Assembly: GCA_907165135.1 (NCBI GenBank)
Contig: OU015567.1
Coordinates: 7,192,001-7,256,000 of the forward strand
Reading direction: 5' to 3'
DNA: 64,000 nt
From: Oikopleura dioica
Taxonomy: Eukaryota > Animalia > Chordata
Shown: piece after piece, positions 11,668 through 24,077 of the stretch
Numbering within the stretch: the stretch's first letter is position 1
How the letters are laid out: each line of letters starts with the position of its first letter
Notes under the pieces: model-generated
The model's database searches: none
What the model saw: only the letters and a program-made list of their open reading frames with translations
Told to the model about the DNA's origin: nothing
Made by a program: the position numbers and the translations under genes

Positions 11668-12328
11668 GGCTACGGGGGTCGACGAGGCTCTAACCATGGC
11701 CTTATTCCGGGAAACTCAAAAGAGTTGGAGGCTTGGATCTTTCATTTAGAGTTAATTTGAACCTAGATCTTGATTTGTATAGAAAAAAATCTTAAGTTTA
11801 TAGACATTTTCTTGCCAAAAAATCGCTTCAAAGTTGGCATCTCGACCTATAATAGGGTAAAATTGGCTTCAATTCTGAAGAATTGAACCTATAAAAATAT
11901 GCTTAGTATATTTTTAAATAAAATTTCAAACCTTTTTGAGGCTTTGTATAGAAAGAAATCGTGGATTGAATCAATAAAAATATCGAATATAATTTTTTGA
12001 AAAGTGAATCTCAGTAAAAAGTGCATTTTTTGAAATAACCATAAACGATTTCTGCTGTAAAATCCAATATATCTGACTACATAAAAAACCAAGACTACCA
12101 TCAAATTTCTCGTGCTCTGCGCTTTCGAAAGAGCCCCAAATGACGAAAATCCAAGCCAAAAAAATTTTTACGGTCAAAGTTCTAGCGCTCGTATCTCGGA
12201 AACTACAAATGATAACGACTCACTTTCAACTGTAAGTCTACTTTATTTTTTGAGGTGAATTCACATGGCATAATGAATATCGTCATACTTTCAAGTTAAG
12301 ACCACATATAACGTCGACCCCCGTACCC
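11668..12328. mobile_element. Non-autonomous TTAA-targeting DNA transposon (Kolobok-like termini)
   Basis: 17-bp TIR GGCTACGGGGGTCGACG / CGTCGACCCCCGTACCC (1 mismatch), with TTAA on both sides (11664-11667, 12329-12332). Confidence 0.8.
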
Positions 12329-14221
12329 TTAAGGCCCTTAAGTTAAGGGTATCAGGGGCATAAAAAGACCTTCAGGTCCCCGGTAGACACAGTTGACCAC
12401 AAGTGGTTAAAATAATTTTTACCTTGTTTTACGATGTTTCGTTATTTCTCTGGAACTGATTCATAAATGAATATTCCTGTATTCGTGTGTATAGGAGCAC
12501 AATTGTTGTCGACTGGAATTGTTTAAACTGGCAATGCGCACAATGGTCCCTCTTTACATATTCTTCCAAAAACAATTCTTCGTAAGAATTACTCTCTGTC
12601 TTCCTTTTCGAATCCAATCTCTGGGTTTGTAGTTCTGGAGAGTCTGGTGACTGGGGCCTAGGACATGTTTTTAGTTATGTTGGTGGAGGAACCCTTTGCG
12701 CCGCAAATTTTTGTGGCTTTCGGAAAACGCGGTGCAAGCGAGCCTGGCGCGCGGCGGCGGAGCTAGAGCGCGGTGGCCCGCCGATCCCCAGCGCTGATAG
12801 AGACGCAGCTCCGCGCACCGCACAGATGCAGATCAAAAAACGGACGATCATCATTGATACTAGGAAACTGAATGGTGGAAGGACTGCTACCGTTATGGTT
12901 CATCTTCAATTTCATTGTTGAAAAATAATCATTTTCGTTGTTTTTTATGTTTAATTTTTTATGCAAAGTGTGGGGCTATTTATTTATCTTATCGGCGTCG
13001 AGTTTATGCTAATTGAGCCCACCATCTAAGGGGCCTTGTTTACCCTGCAAGATGCTAAACGAGTTAGGAAGATTTATTTAGACAGCTGGGAGGAACTTTA
13101 GACAGCGCTAAGGAAGTTATTTCTCGTGACCTTTCTCGGCGAAAATAACGCGACTGGGACGCAAATTTATGCAGAAAATTTTGAAAAATCGAAGAAGAGG
13201 GATTCATATTTTTGTAATATATACAAATCATGGCGAATTAATGAGTATGCTGGATCGGATTTTGACAGACGCGCTAATGGTGTTGCCAAAGGAATATAAA
13301 TTCAATGGGATTAGGAGCCGCGAATCTGAATGACGGGAATCTCGACCTGTCAGAATAATTTACAGATACTCGTACAGAAGGAACGGCGATCCAAAACAGC
13401 GATCTACCTCTCGTGTTTCTCAGTATTAGAATAAATACTGCGGTGTATTGAAAGATTCCTGGTCGATTTCAAAACCAAAAAGAAAAACTCAAAACCGGTG
13501 CTTCCCGCGGGCCTAATCATAAAAAAATACATTCCCAGAATTTCAGTTGGCGCTTGAAAATATAATGTTAGTTCTGGCAGCGAGGCAGGATGACCACAGC
13601 AATCAAAATGTGCATTTCGAGGTGCGCGCTCTTTTCTCAAAAATCGCGACGAAATTTTAGGGACTTGAATTCCGCCACCGAAAAATGTCGGGAGCCAATT
13701 GAAGCGCGACCGGAGTCAAAGAAGGACATAATTTCGCGGTTCTAGCTTTACATGCACCAACTTGGTCTCAAAGATCATTACAAGGAGCCGAAATGAAATA
13801 TTTTATTCATGTCTTCGAAAACCAAAATCGAAAATCGAGGAATAATAATTTTTATTTCAAGAAAAATCCTTTCGGTTATTTTCGCTCTGGGGTCCCTTAA
13901 TTCGTAACTAGGCCTCTCATTGTCCCGTACAGGAGAAGTAATCAGCCTGGTACAAGATTTATCTTGTTCGGGACAAGGCTCGCATTTTACTTACTTGGGC
14001 GAAATTGACCCCTGAACATGATTCGCGCCCTTTTCGCGCTAATCGTCTAAGAGGCTTTCTAGCTGCTCTAGAAACAATTTGCGCCGCTTTTTCCCTTTTC
14101 ATAATTACGGGGGCAACTAAAGAGCCGGGCCTAATTACTATGCAGGTGCACTTCAAATTTTCCAAATCGCTTTTCAAGTGCTCTGAATATCAACGAGCCC
14201 AAGAAAGTTATTGTTCAAAAA

Positions 14222-14581
14222 CAGATTTGCAAATTTTCATTAATTTTTCTGATCTGAGCTGACCTGAGTAAAAATTTCTCTGAGCTGAGCTGGCCTATTT
14301 CGGAGGTTACTGAGCTGAGCTGAGCTGAGCTGGCCTTTTTTAGAGGTCATTGAGTTGAGCTGAGCTGAGCGGACCCTAATTAGAGCTGAGCTGATTGACC
14401 TGAGCTGAGCTGTTTTTTACCGTTTTTGGTAGTAAAATTGTATTCAAATCATTGAGATGAGCTGAGCTGAGCTGAGTGAAAATTGTCTGAGCTGAGCAGA
14501 TCAGATCATTTTCCAAAATCACTGAGCTGAGCGACTGCTCAACTCACTCAGCCAGCTCAGCTCAGCAAATTTGCAACTCTG
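14222..14581. mobile_element. hAT-like MITE filled with TGAGC pentamer repeats
   Basis: TIR CAGATTTGCAAATTT / AAATTTGCAACTCTG (1 mismatch). Perfect 8-bp TSD TTCAAAAA (14214-14221, 14582-14589). Many (TGAGC)n runs inside, inverted near the right end. Confidence 0.85.
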
Positions 14582-17104
14582 TTCAAAAAACTTTTCGAAT
14601 TCAAAAATCGCCATGTTAATATTTTATCAGCTCAAATTTGACACGCTTAGCTGGAGAATCCACTGAACTCGCGGCTCAATGGATCAAAAAAAGAGCCAGG
14701 TGCAGTTGCTCTTTTTTGTTGTAGTTTTGTCTGAAGGGATTACTGAGCTCAACAAAAAACAGCTGGAAACTGGGGTCTCCGAAATTTATTGGCCGATTAG
14801 AAAGAGCCTTAGAAAGGGATGAAGCCTTGGTTTTTAGGATAAGAATCGAAAAAAAATGTTTTGGAAAAATTTTTGAAGCTATCACTCAAGTTTGTCGAAA
14901 AGTTATTTTTTCACTTCATGCACGGGTGGGCTAGCATTTCTGACACGATGTTTGGCGCCGTATAAACTCACCGGTACCTCCGATCGATCATGTGACTTCC
15001 TGCAAGTCAAAAGCGGAAACTGCAATCTGTCAATCCGATCTCAATACTGGTCTGGATTAAGTCTAATATCTGCCAAGTCTGATAAGCTCAGAAAGACTAA
15101 TTAGCCCATTGTGGACCTTCTCTGGCGTGCCTAAGCTCCTGAAAAAAGGGATGAAAAGAGGCGGTCCACGATTGCCGCAAAATTTGATTCCGAGGCGACG
15201 GTTTTTTAACCTCGCCGCCCTTTTTTTTTTAAATTACGGTACTTTGGCAATTGGTTTTAGCGAGCATTTTTTAATGCTTGAAAAATTTGAAAATTTAAAT
15301 TAAATTCTTCATTACTCGAAAAGAGAGGGGCTAATGAGTGAGAATAAACTTGTATTTGGATAGAATTGATCAGAAGAAATCAGATATGAATTTTTAAAAC
15401 AATTTGTTTACATGTTAGATGTTTGAATAACAGATGATGAATTATACATAGAACCAAATTGAAAACTCGCGATATATTCTGGCAAAGCGCCCGGGTCTTT
15501 ATTTTCGCGCCACTACTGTAACTTTCATCTGACTGTAGAACAGATTTGAACAGATCTTACAGTTGTTCGACTAGCAAATAATTGAGAAGAATTAGTTCGG
15601 AAAAAGATTTGATTGTTACGAGAAGCATCGAAAAAAATTGTTATCCTTGTCTGATCCATTTTTTGGAAAGCCACAAATCGCATTTGTAGACCTCTGGAAA
15701 AAGTGGAACTTGGCTCGCCAGATGGGCGAAACCGCGACATTGCTGCTTAGGCAATTTTTAGCTGTGTTTAGACTGGAGATTTGGACAGGTGTACTTCCGC
15801 TTGAACATTTTCTTTTTCAGAGGCTTATTCATTTTTTTTCTTCGCGGAGGAAAATTTTGAATGTGTGTTTTTGGCGGTTTGGGAAAGGAAAACCGCCAAA
15901 GCCGCTTGAAGGTGCTCATCCCCTCTAACTGGGAGACGTCCTCGGATCGAATTCGAAAACGATTATCGCTTCTATTTCCGCTTAGCCGGGCTATTTTTCT
16001 ACTCCACGGCTGTCATTAATAATGCGCTTTCAAATTCTCTTCTAGCGCCAACATGAAGATTATGTTATTTGATCTTACTACTAGATCCTGTAGAAAATTA
16101 AAAACCATAAAAATCATATTTTTTTGACTTAAGAAATTTATGAAGGTGCAGTTTTTGGATTACCAATAGGATTGCTATATTTGGCCTACCGGCCAATCAA
16201 AACCCTAATCACTTCCATAAATTGGTTCAACCTTTTTTTCCTTTTTATAAATTTATTCTTCTTTTTATTCCATGAGCCCTAACATGAAATATCTTTAGAT
16301 TTGTCAACTTTCATGAGACTATCAGAATCATCGTAAAACTCATTTATCAAAATTGTAACTCGTAACCAAACCCTTCCCTTCCGGATGCTTCCCTACTCTG
16401 GTTTCAGAAAATCTGCATATTACCTTACCTTACGTTACCCTTATTCAATTCTCGACTCTAGAATAAAGCCTTAGCTACTCGGAAGTGCTTGAAAACCTCT
16501 GGTTTATCCCTACCGCCCGGTATAACTCCGGTTTAACGATGTTTACAACACAACCAGAACATGGTTGTAACATTTCTCACCCTCCGAAAAAGGCTCATCA
16601 AATTAACTCCCCAGCGCGTGTTTACTATATACAACTGCCAATCCGAAAAAATTTCCGAAATGCTTGACATAAATTTTATAAATTCCATGTTTTCAATGTT
16701 ACCTTGCTATTTGCTTTTTTCCTGTCCTCTCTAGTTGCTGGGACGGGGATTAAAATTTAAATCCTGAATTCCAAATTTGAAATATTCTGGATTTATGGTG
16801 CAAGTTCCAGATTTTTCCCTGCGGCGGAGTTTTGGGTGGCGGAGCTGCCGTCTGTTAGCATAAAAATTTCATCTTCTGAGCCATTATTCAAATCCAGCCA
16901 GGTTACATGTCATGAGTTGTATGTTTCCCTTTCATTTGTGATTAATTATTCACGTTTTTCTTTAAAATGCACAATCTGAGAAGCAAAATGCAGAAGGCTA
17001 TTCAATGGCTGCTTTTTGTTCGTACTCGATTTGAAACCGCTTTTAACATTAGCAGGTGCAGATTGAATCTACTGTGGTTTCGCGTTACAGGCAGATCTGG
17101 GCTC

Positions 17105-17360
17105 GGAAAGCTGTGTAAAAAACCTGAGTCAGGATTTCGAAAGAGCTTGAAATTGGACCTTTTTAACGTAGTATGATCTCAAAATTCGGCCACCTATAGC
17201 CGAATTATTCGTCAATATTTTCAATAATTCTGAATGAAAAATTCGTGTCAACGTCGTTAAATCGTATTTTTGGCAAAGCCGCTTTGCGGCTTCGTTTTCA
17301 AAAAAGCCGCGTTAATGAAGCTTTTTCAAACCCTGACTCAGGTTGTCTACACAGGTTGCC
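17105..17360. mobile_element. MITE family A copy
   Basis: Family A TIRs, with internal GGCAAAGCCGCTTTGCGGCTTCGTTTT (reverse complement of the motif in the 38.4-kb copy). Confidence 0.8.
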
Positions 17361-19093
17361 GATCTTCATCTGTTGTTAAAATAAAGCTTTCCATAGTTTC
17401 TTTCTTTTGAATTGATTCTTTCCGGAACGAGTCCCCCTCTTTGATCTTCTTTTAGTTTCAAGAGCGGCTTATATTTTGGAGCATATGGCGAGGCTTTGTG
17501 ATTTTTGGGAAAAGACTCTTCTTGCTCATAATTAATGATTAGTTTCTCCATATGTTGATTTCCGTGGCTCAATATTTTTTGAATTCGGCGGGCGGCGGGT
17601 CAAGAGCGCTTGAAAGGCTTTGTCTCAGCTGCATGTAGTTCCGAATTAGTCCGAATTATAAATCTGTGAATAATTTACTTTCATTTATTTTGACTCGCTC
17701 GAGTGAGTCGGCCACGAAGATCGGATCTGAGCGTCAAGGGCTCTTGGACCTTGTTTGGAAAATCTAAAAAGGAAGCCCCTCTACAAACAAATCACCCGTG
17801 GAGAGAGTTTATGTACATCTACAGATAAGAGAGGCCTTCGGGAATCCCACAAGTGCCAGTAGTAAACAGTTGCTTGAATTATTTATCTGCTTGATCTTTT
17901 TTCAATGAAAGAAAGAACACTTACCATAGCATCCTATGAAAAGTTTCTTTCCCTGGAAATGGAAAGAAAATGAGACAAATCATTATTTGCTTATCTCCGC
18001 CTGGAATTAAAGATGTCCCGCTGAGTCCCCCGCTGAGGCGAAAAACGCCACCTTTTTGTCCCGTGTTTGCGCAAAAACGATTTTGGAGAATGGAAGTCTG
18101 CGTGAAAGTTACGAATCAGTATTCTTCAGTTACTGCATTCTTCATTATGTAAGAACCTGTTTTGTCTGTCCTTGTTGATTTCACAAAAAGACAACGGTTT
18201 ACATAAGACATTCGAGACGAATCTTAAATAATAGCATGTCACACATCACATGTTACATTTCCGAGTGAAAAAAAATCATCAAACTGGTTCTGAAAGTTGC
18301 TAATTTGGAGGCGTCCCTAAACGAGATAGGCTACTTTAGGGTCATTTTTAATGAGAGGTGTGTGAGTCCCTGTTTTCATCCTAGCTAAATATAGCCAAGC
18401 AATTACGACTAATACAGACACTTCCTCAAAAGGGATTGCGTACGGAGGCGAGCGCTAGAATCCTGACTTGAACCTTGTTTCAAAAATTGAATGACTGTAA
18501 TTGATCATTTAAAAATGACTCAGTATAATTTTTCTCTTGCAGAAATCAGCAAAACTCTAGCCGAAAACGATAAGACTCCTCAATCGAAATTTCATTGAAA
18601 AAAAAATTCTAACCGAAACGCCTATTTATAGCTTTCAAAACAGCACTATAAATCGCTATATCGAATAAACCTAGTAACCGAAATTTTCGCCAACATTTCA
18701 TCATTGAGTATTATTTTGTTTTTCATCATAAAAAGTACTAGACAGGGGTCAACCCTCTTTCAGCCATATTTTGCGCGTCGACAACAAATCAAATTTGCAA
18801 TTTTTCGATCGTCAAAGGGCTGATCTATCGTCATAAATGATGTAAAAGTACAACTCGAGCCAAGCATTAGAGGAGCGTAAGGGCCGTATAAGGAAAGACG
18901 CGTGTTGGATTTGCACGATCGAGCGCGTGAACCCGTCTCGTGCTGGTCGAGCTAGTACCAGCTACCGGATTTTCTAGCCATGCTATTTAAACCTCCGTCC
19001 ATCCGCTCATTCCTCATCAAAACTCAAAAACAAGAGCTTTAATAAAAAAACTTCGACTTTTTTCTAAATAGAGAGTCCAGAACTACAACAACG

Positions 19094-22000
19094 ATGATTT
19101 CCACAAAAATATCACCACGAACCTTACGACAACTCGGCATCCGATCCGACATCCTCAGATCAGTCTCTGCAATGGCCATGGAAACTCCGACTCGAGAAGA
19201 AGCCCTGACTACCAAACCACTTTTCTCTGTAACCCCAGTGAACGAGCGAAACCAAACCGAACTGTCGGTAAAAATCGGCAGGGGTTTCGAACAACGTCAC
19301 GTGGGACCCGGACCCCGAGAGCAACGCGCTATGCTTGAAACGCTCGGCTTCACCACCATCGAAGAATTGATCACACGAACCGTTCCGGAAAACATCCGAC
19401 TTCGCGGAAACCTACAGATTGCCGATGCAATGACCGAAGCTGAAATGCGCGAAGAATTCGAACGAATCGCGAAGAAAAACGAGCCCTTCACCTCTTTCAT
19501 CGGCATGGGCTACCACAACTGCTTCACCCCTGGGCCAATCCTGCGGGATGTCCTTATGAACCCTGGCTGGCACACCCAGTACAGCCCATATCAGGCTGAA
19601 ATCTCGCAGGGCCGACTTCAATCTCTCTTGAATTTCCAAACCATGGTTTCTGATCTTACCGGACTTGCTGTCTCCAACAGCAGCTTATTGGACGAAGCTA
19701 CCGCTGCTTGCGAATCGCTCTCGCTCATGATCAACGGAACAAAGGGCAAGAGAACCAAAGTGCTTGTAGACTCGAAGTGTCACCCGCAGACGATCGCTTG
19801 TCTCCAGACGCGCGCTACTAACAAAAACATCGACGTAGTGATCATGCCCAAGAATCAAATGGGCGAAGCGATGGACACCAAAACATGCGGCGTGATCGTG
19901 CAGTACCCAGACACCGAGGGCAACATGGATGACATTACCGAATTGGTAGACAGCGTTCACAACAACGGAGGATTGGTAAATACAATTGCATAACTAGAAC
20001 TGTTACGTAATATTTTAACAACTAGGTCAGCATGGCTACGGATCTCCTGGCGCTTTCCATCATCAAATCACCTGGTGAAATCAATGCTGACGTCGCTTTC
20101 GGTTCATCCCAGCGACTTGGTATTCCAATGTACCTTGGCGGCCCTGCAGCTGCCTTCTTCGCTACTCGAGAACAGTTTGCTCGACAAGTTCCTGGCCGAA
20201 TCGTTGGTGTTTCAAAAGATGTCAACGGCAAGCCCGCACTCCGACTTTCCCTCCAAGCACGAGAACAGCACATCCGCCGAGAAAAAGCCACTTCCAATGT
20301 CTGCACCGCTCAAGCACTCCTTGCCAACGCGGCGGCAATGTGGGGCGTTTATCATGGACCCGAGGGAATGGTCGAAATCGCCGAATCTATTCATCACGCA
20401 GCCTTGGTCGTCGCTCATGGCGCGAAATTAGCAGGCCATAAAGTGTTGACCGAGAACTTCTTTGAGACGATGAAAATTGATGTTGGCGAAGAAAAAGCTA
20501 TTATCTTGAAGAAAGCGCATCAGGCGAGAATCAATCTCAGAGATTACACTGATGAATCTTGCATTGGCATTGCTCTTGGTAAGATTCGAGCTTGAAGATA
20601 ATTCGCTAACTGATTTATTTCTAGATGATACAGTCACACGCGACCAGATAGACATGCTTCTTTTGATCCTTGGAAGCCCAAAGATGGTCGGCGATTTGGA
20701 CGAAGTAGACATTGACGACATCGACAGAAACTCAATCGCTTCAAGCGACTTTGTTCGAAAAACTTCATTCATGGAACATGAAGTCTTCAAAATGGTCAGA
20801 TCAGAGCTCGAACTTGTTCGCTACATCAAGGAGCTCGAACGAACTGACTTGTCGATGGTGCACTCAATGATTCCCCTCGGCTCTTGCACCATGAAATTGA
20901 ATGCTTCCTCTGAACTTGAGTATTTGAGCATGCCTGAGTTCACCAACTCGCATCCATTTGCTCCAGAGTGGCAGAATCGCGGATGGAAGCAAATTTTCAA
21001 CGAGTTGGAAAACGATCTTGCTGAAATTACCGGCTACGATAAAGTGTCACTTCAGCCCAACTCGGGCGCTCAGGGCGAATACGCGGGTCTAGCTGCTATA
21101 AATGCTTATCACAAAGCAAATGGTGAAAAACGAGGAATCTGTTTGATCCCAACTTCTGCTCATGGAACTAACCCTGCTTCGGCCACCATGGCTGGGTTGA
21201 AAGTCAAGGCGGTCAAAGTCAACTCTGACGGATCCATCAACCTCGATTCGCTCAAAAACGAGCTTCACAAGCACCAGGAAACGTATCTAGCATCATGGTA
21301 ACCTACCCATCCACATTCGGCGTCTTCGATGAAGATATTTCCGACATTTGCGGGCTCGTCCACGATGTCGGTGGTCAAGTCTACCTGGATGGAGCTAACT
21401 TGAATGCTCAAATGGGCCTTTCTCGTCCTGGAAAGTACGGAGCTGATGTTTCTCATTTGAACCTTCACAAGACCTTCGCCATTCCTCATGGTGGCGGTGG
21501 ACCTGGCGCTGGACCCATTGGTGTCCGGGCTCATCTCGCGCCATTTCTGCCGTCTCATCCAGTCATGCCAGGCACAAACCATGCAACTAGCTTTGGTTCC
21601 GTTTCCGCCGCCCCATACGGCAACGCTGGTGTCTTGCCAATCTCCTGGTCGATGATTAAAATGCTCGGGCCAGAAGGACTTCGCCATTCATCTGAAATCG
21701 CCATTTTGAACGCCAACTACATGCGAAAACGGCTCGATGGCTACTACCAGATTCTTTATACAGGTTCGCATGGAATGTGCGCGCACGAGTTTATCATCGA
21801 CATTCGACCTTTCAAGAAGACCTGCGGCATCGGAGCACTCGACGTCGCCAAGCGATTGATGGACTACGGCTTCCACGCTCCTACAATGTCTTGGCCAGTG
21901 CCAGACACGCTCATGATCGAACCAACCGAGTCAGAAGCAAAAAGCGAGCTTGATCGCTATTGCGACGCTCTGATCTCCATTCGAGAAGAAATTTCCGCAA

Positions 22001-22233
22001 TTGAAAATGGCTACGTCTCCAAGATCGACAACGTTCTCAAAAACGCCCCACACACGATGGAAAGCGTTCTTTTTGGAGAGTGGGATCATGCGTACTCGCG
22101 AAAGAAGGCTACCTTTCCTGCGCCTTGGCAGCACAATGGAAACAAGTTCTGGCCTACTGCTTCCAGATTAGATGATACTTTCGGAGATAAAAACCTGATC
22201 TGCTCGTGCCCTCCTATGAGCAGCTACAGATAA
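19094..22233 (+). CDS. GLDC: Glycine dehydrogenase (decarboxylating), mitochondrial P protein
   Basis: [70 protein letters not shown] and LMIEPTESE motifs. Introns at 19976-20025 and 20579-20624; apparent 1-nt frameshift near 21280. Confidence 0.97.
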
Positions 22234-22358
22234 ATTTAAGAAAAATTTTCTTTTCTGTCTGATTAACAATCTGCTACCTCATCAATCATCCTTGCTGCCA
22301 ACATTTAATGTACATAGAATTGAATCAACAAATTCAAATTTACGATTTATTCTCTGAA

Positions 22359-22574
22359 TCAATGAAAACTGGAAGGTTTTTTAAAAAGCATCATTTTGAG
22401 AAACAGTTTCTTCTTCAATTGTTCCTTGTTTCTCTTCCTGGCTCTGATGAGTTTTGTCATCGCGTAGTTCGGTACAAACATTTGTCCGAGTCTTTTACTG
22501 TTAAAAAATGAAAGATCAAACGCAAAAATCGCCGAATAAAAGGCAGAAAAGAGTAAAACTAAGTTCATTTTCAT
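22359..22574 (-). CDS. Putative small secreted basic peptide (71 aa)
   Basis: MKMNLVLLFSAFYSAIFA signal-like N-terminus followed by KR/RKR sites and a Lys-rich body; no homology recognised. Confidence 0.4.
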   Translation of the reverse strand: MKMNLVLLFSAFYSAIFAFDLSFFNSKRLGQMFVPNYAMTKLIRARKRNKEQLKKKLFLKMMLFKKPSSFH

Positions 22575-22829
22575 GAAAAAATAAAGGTTTTGCTTGTCAG
22601 CCTTTTTTACTTAGTTGATTTTGAGGGACAGAGATTTATACTTTTAATTTGAGGGCGCTGTATCCGACTTCTTCATATGCGTTAAATTGAGCTTGAATCA
22701 ATTTTTCGCAAAATAGTTGTCAAATTTAACTACTGCATTCAATATTTTCCTATTCTTTGGGAAGGCGTGGCTCTCATTAGATCTCATAAATTCAAAAATC
22801 ATTCATCGCGTAACCAAAATCTCAAGCCA

Positions 22830-23986
22830 ATGAGCCTCAAATTTTTCATCGTTGACGCTTTCGCTGGAGAGCCGTTTTCAGGAAATCCAGCTGCTGTTGT
22901 CTTTTTAGAGAAAAAGCTTGAAGAAGAAGAGTACCTAAAGTACAGCGCAGAGTTTAACCTTTCCGAAACGGCTTTTCTTCTTCCGCTTGAAGGCAAGAGT
23001 CTAAATTTGAATGAGAATCCAACGAGATTCTCTCTCCGCTGGTTTACGCCCACTGTTGAAGGTTTTTATTGCATTTGAAAGTAAGCAAATAACCGATGTT
23101 CTTTTAGTAAATCTTTGTGGTCATGCGACGCTAGCAGCTTGCGCGGCATTGGAAGCTTTTGGAATTGTTGCAAATGAGTTCGAATTTGAAACACTTTCGG
23201 GACTTCTCAAAGGTGTTAAAGATGAAGAAAACTGGTGCCTTCAATTTCCATCGAATCCTCCAGCGGGTTTATTTCCGTTTCTTTGAAATTCTCGACAAGT
23301 ATCAATTCAGAAATGGAGAAAACCTGGCACTCTGAAGTAACAAATTCAATCTTTGATGACAATGACGTCGTTTCGAAGATTTTCTATTCTAGCGCGACGA
23401 AAAAGATGATCATCGTTCTTGATGAAGAGGTATTAAAGATGATCATATAAATTGTATAACTTTTAGCTTCCAATTGATTTCTTGAGAAATCTTCAAGTCG
23501 ATTCTACGAGGATGTTTGAAAGCTGTCCAAGGTTCATGATCGTCACGAGAAAAAATATATATCTGGTTATTCTAGTGGCGAGGTTGTTCGAGGAGTATCA
23601 ATAACAAAAGCTGTAAAAGAAGATGAGAACCTGGACTTTGTCTCGAGATACTTTTCACCGTGGGCTCGTGTCTGAACAACTACTGACATAATTCAGTAAG
23701 AAGCTCAGTCTGTTGTAACAGAACGAGCCTGACGCAAGAACGGGATCCCAGAGGATCCAGTTAATGGCTCGTCGCATACTAATCTCGCGCCGCTCTGGGC
23801 GAAGCTGCTCGGCAAAGTTCAGCTCAGGGCGAAAATGGTGTCTAAAAGAGGAGGAGATCTATCTTTACAAGGTAAATTGAACATTTCCTCAGTTAAAAAT
23901 CATCCTTTTTAGTGAAAGAAAAAGAAGTTATGATAGGAGGACCGTCCAATCTCTTTGCATCTGGCCATGTGTGTGTTGAAATTTAA
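22830..23986 (+). CDS. PBLD: PhzF/PBLD-family epimerase-like protein
   Basis: VDAFAGEPFSGNPAAV, NLSETAF, RWFTP.VE-VNLCGHATLA, DFVSRYFSPW-NGIPEDPVNGSSH and SKRGGDL motifs across about 6 exons. Confidence 0.92.
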
Positions 23987-24077
23987 AAGCCTATCACATT
24001 GAAAATAAGTTAACTTTATTCAACAGGGCAGTATTTGCAAAGGGGCTTTTTGAAGTCTTGATAATTTGCGAGTCGTT

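Noticed and set aside
15101-15334. TTAGCCC...GGGCTAA as a PIF/Harbinger MITE
   Set aside because: Only 7 bp of symmetry and the flanks do not form a matching TSD.
14700-19000. Scattered 60-96 aa ORFs upstream of GLDC
   Set aside because: No consistent exon chain or motif could be built; left unannotated rather than called.
19094-22233. GLDC, PhzF and YHYH as bacterial contamination or a recent HGT island
   Set aside because: All have spliceosomal introns and eukaryotic targeting signals, and they sit among animal genes.
23265-23299. Possible GG-AG intron in PBLD
   Set aside because: A canonical GT-AG intron at about 23267-23310 restores the same frame.
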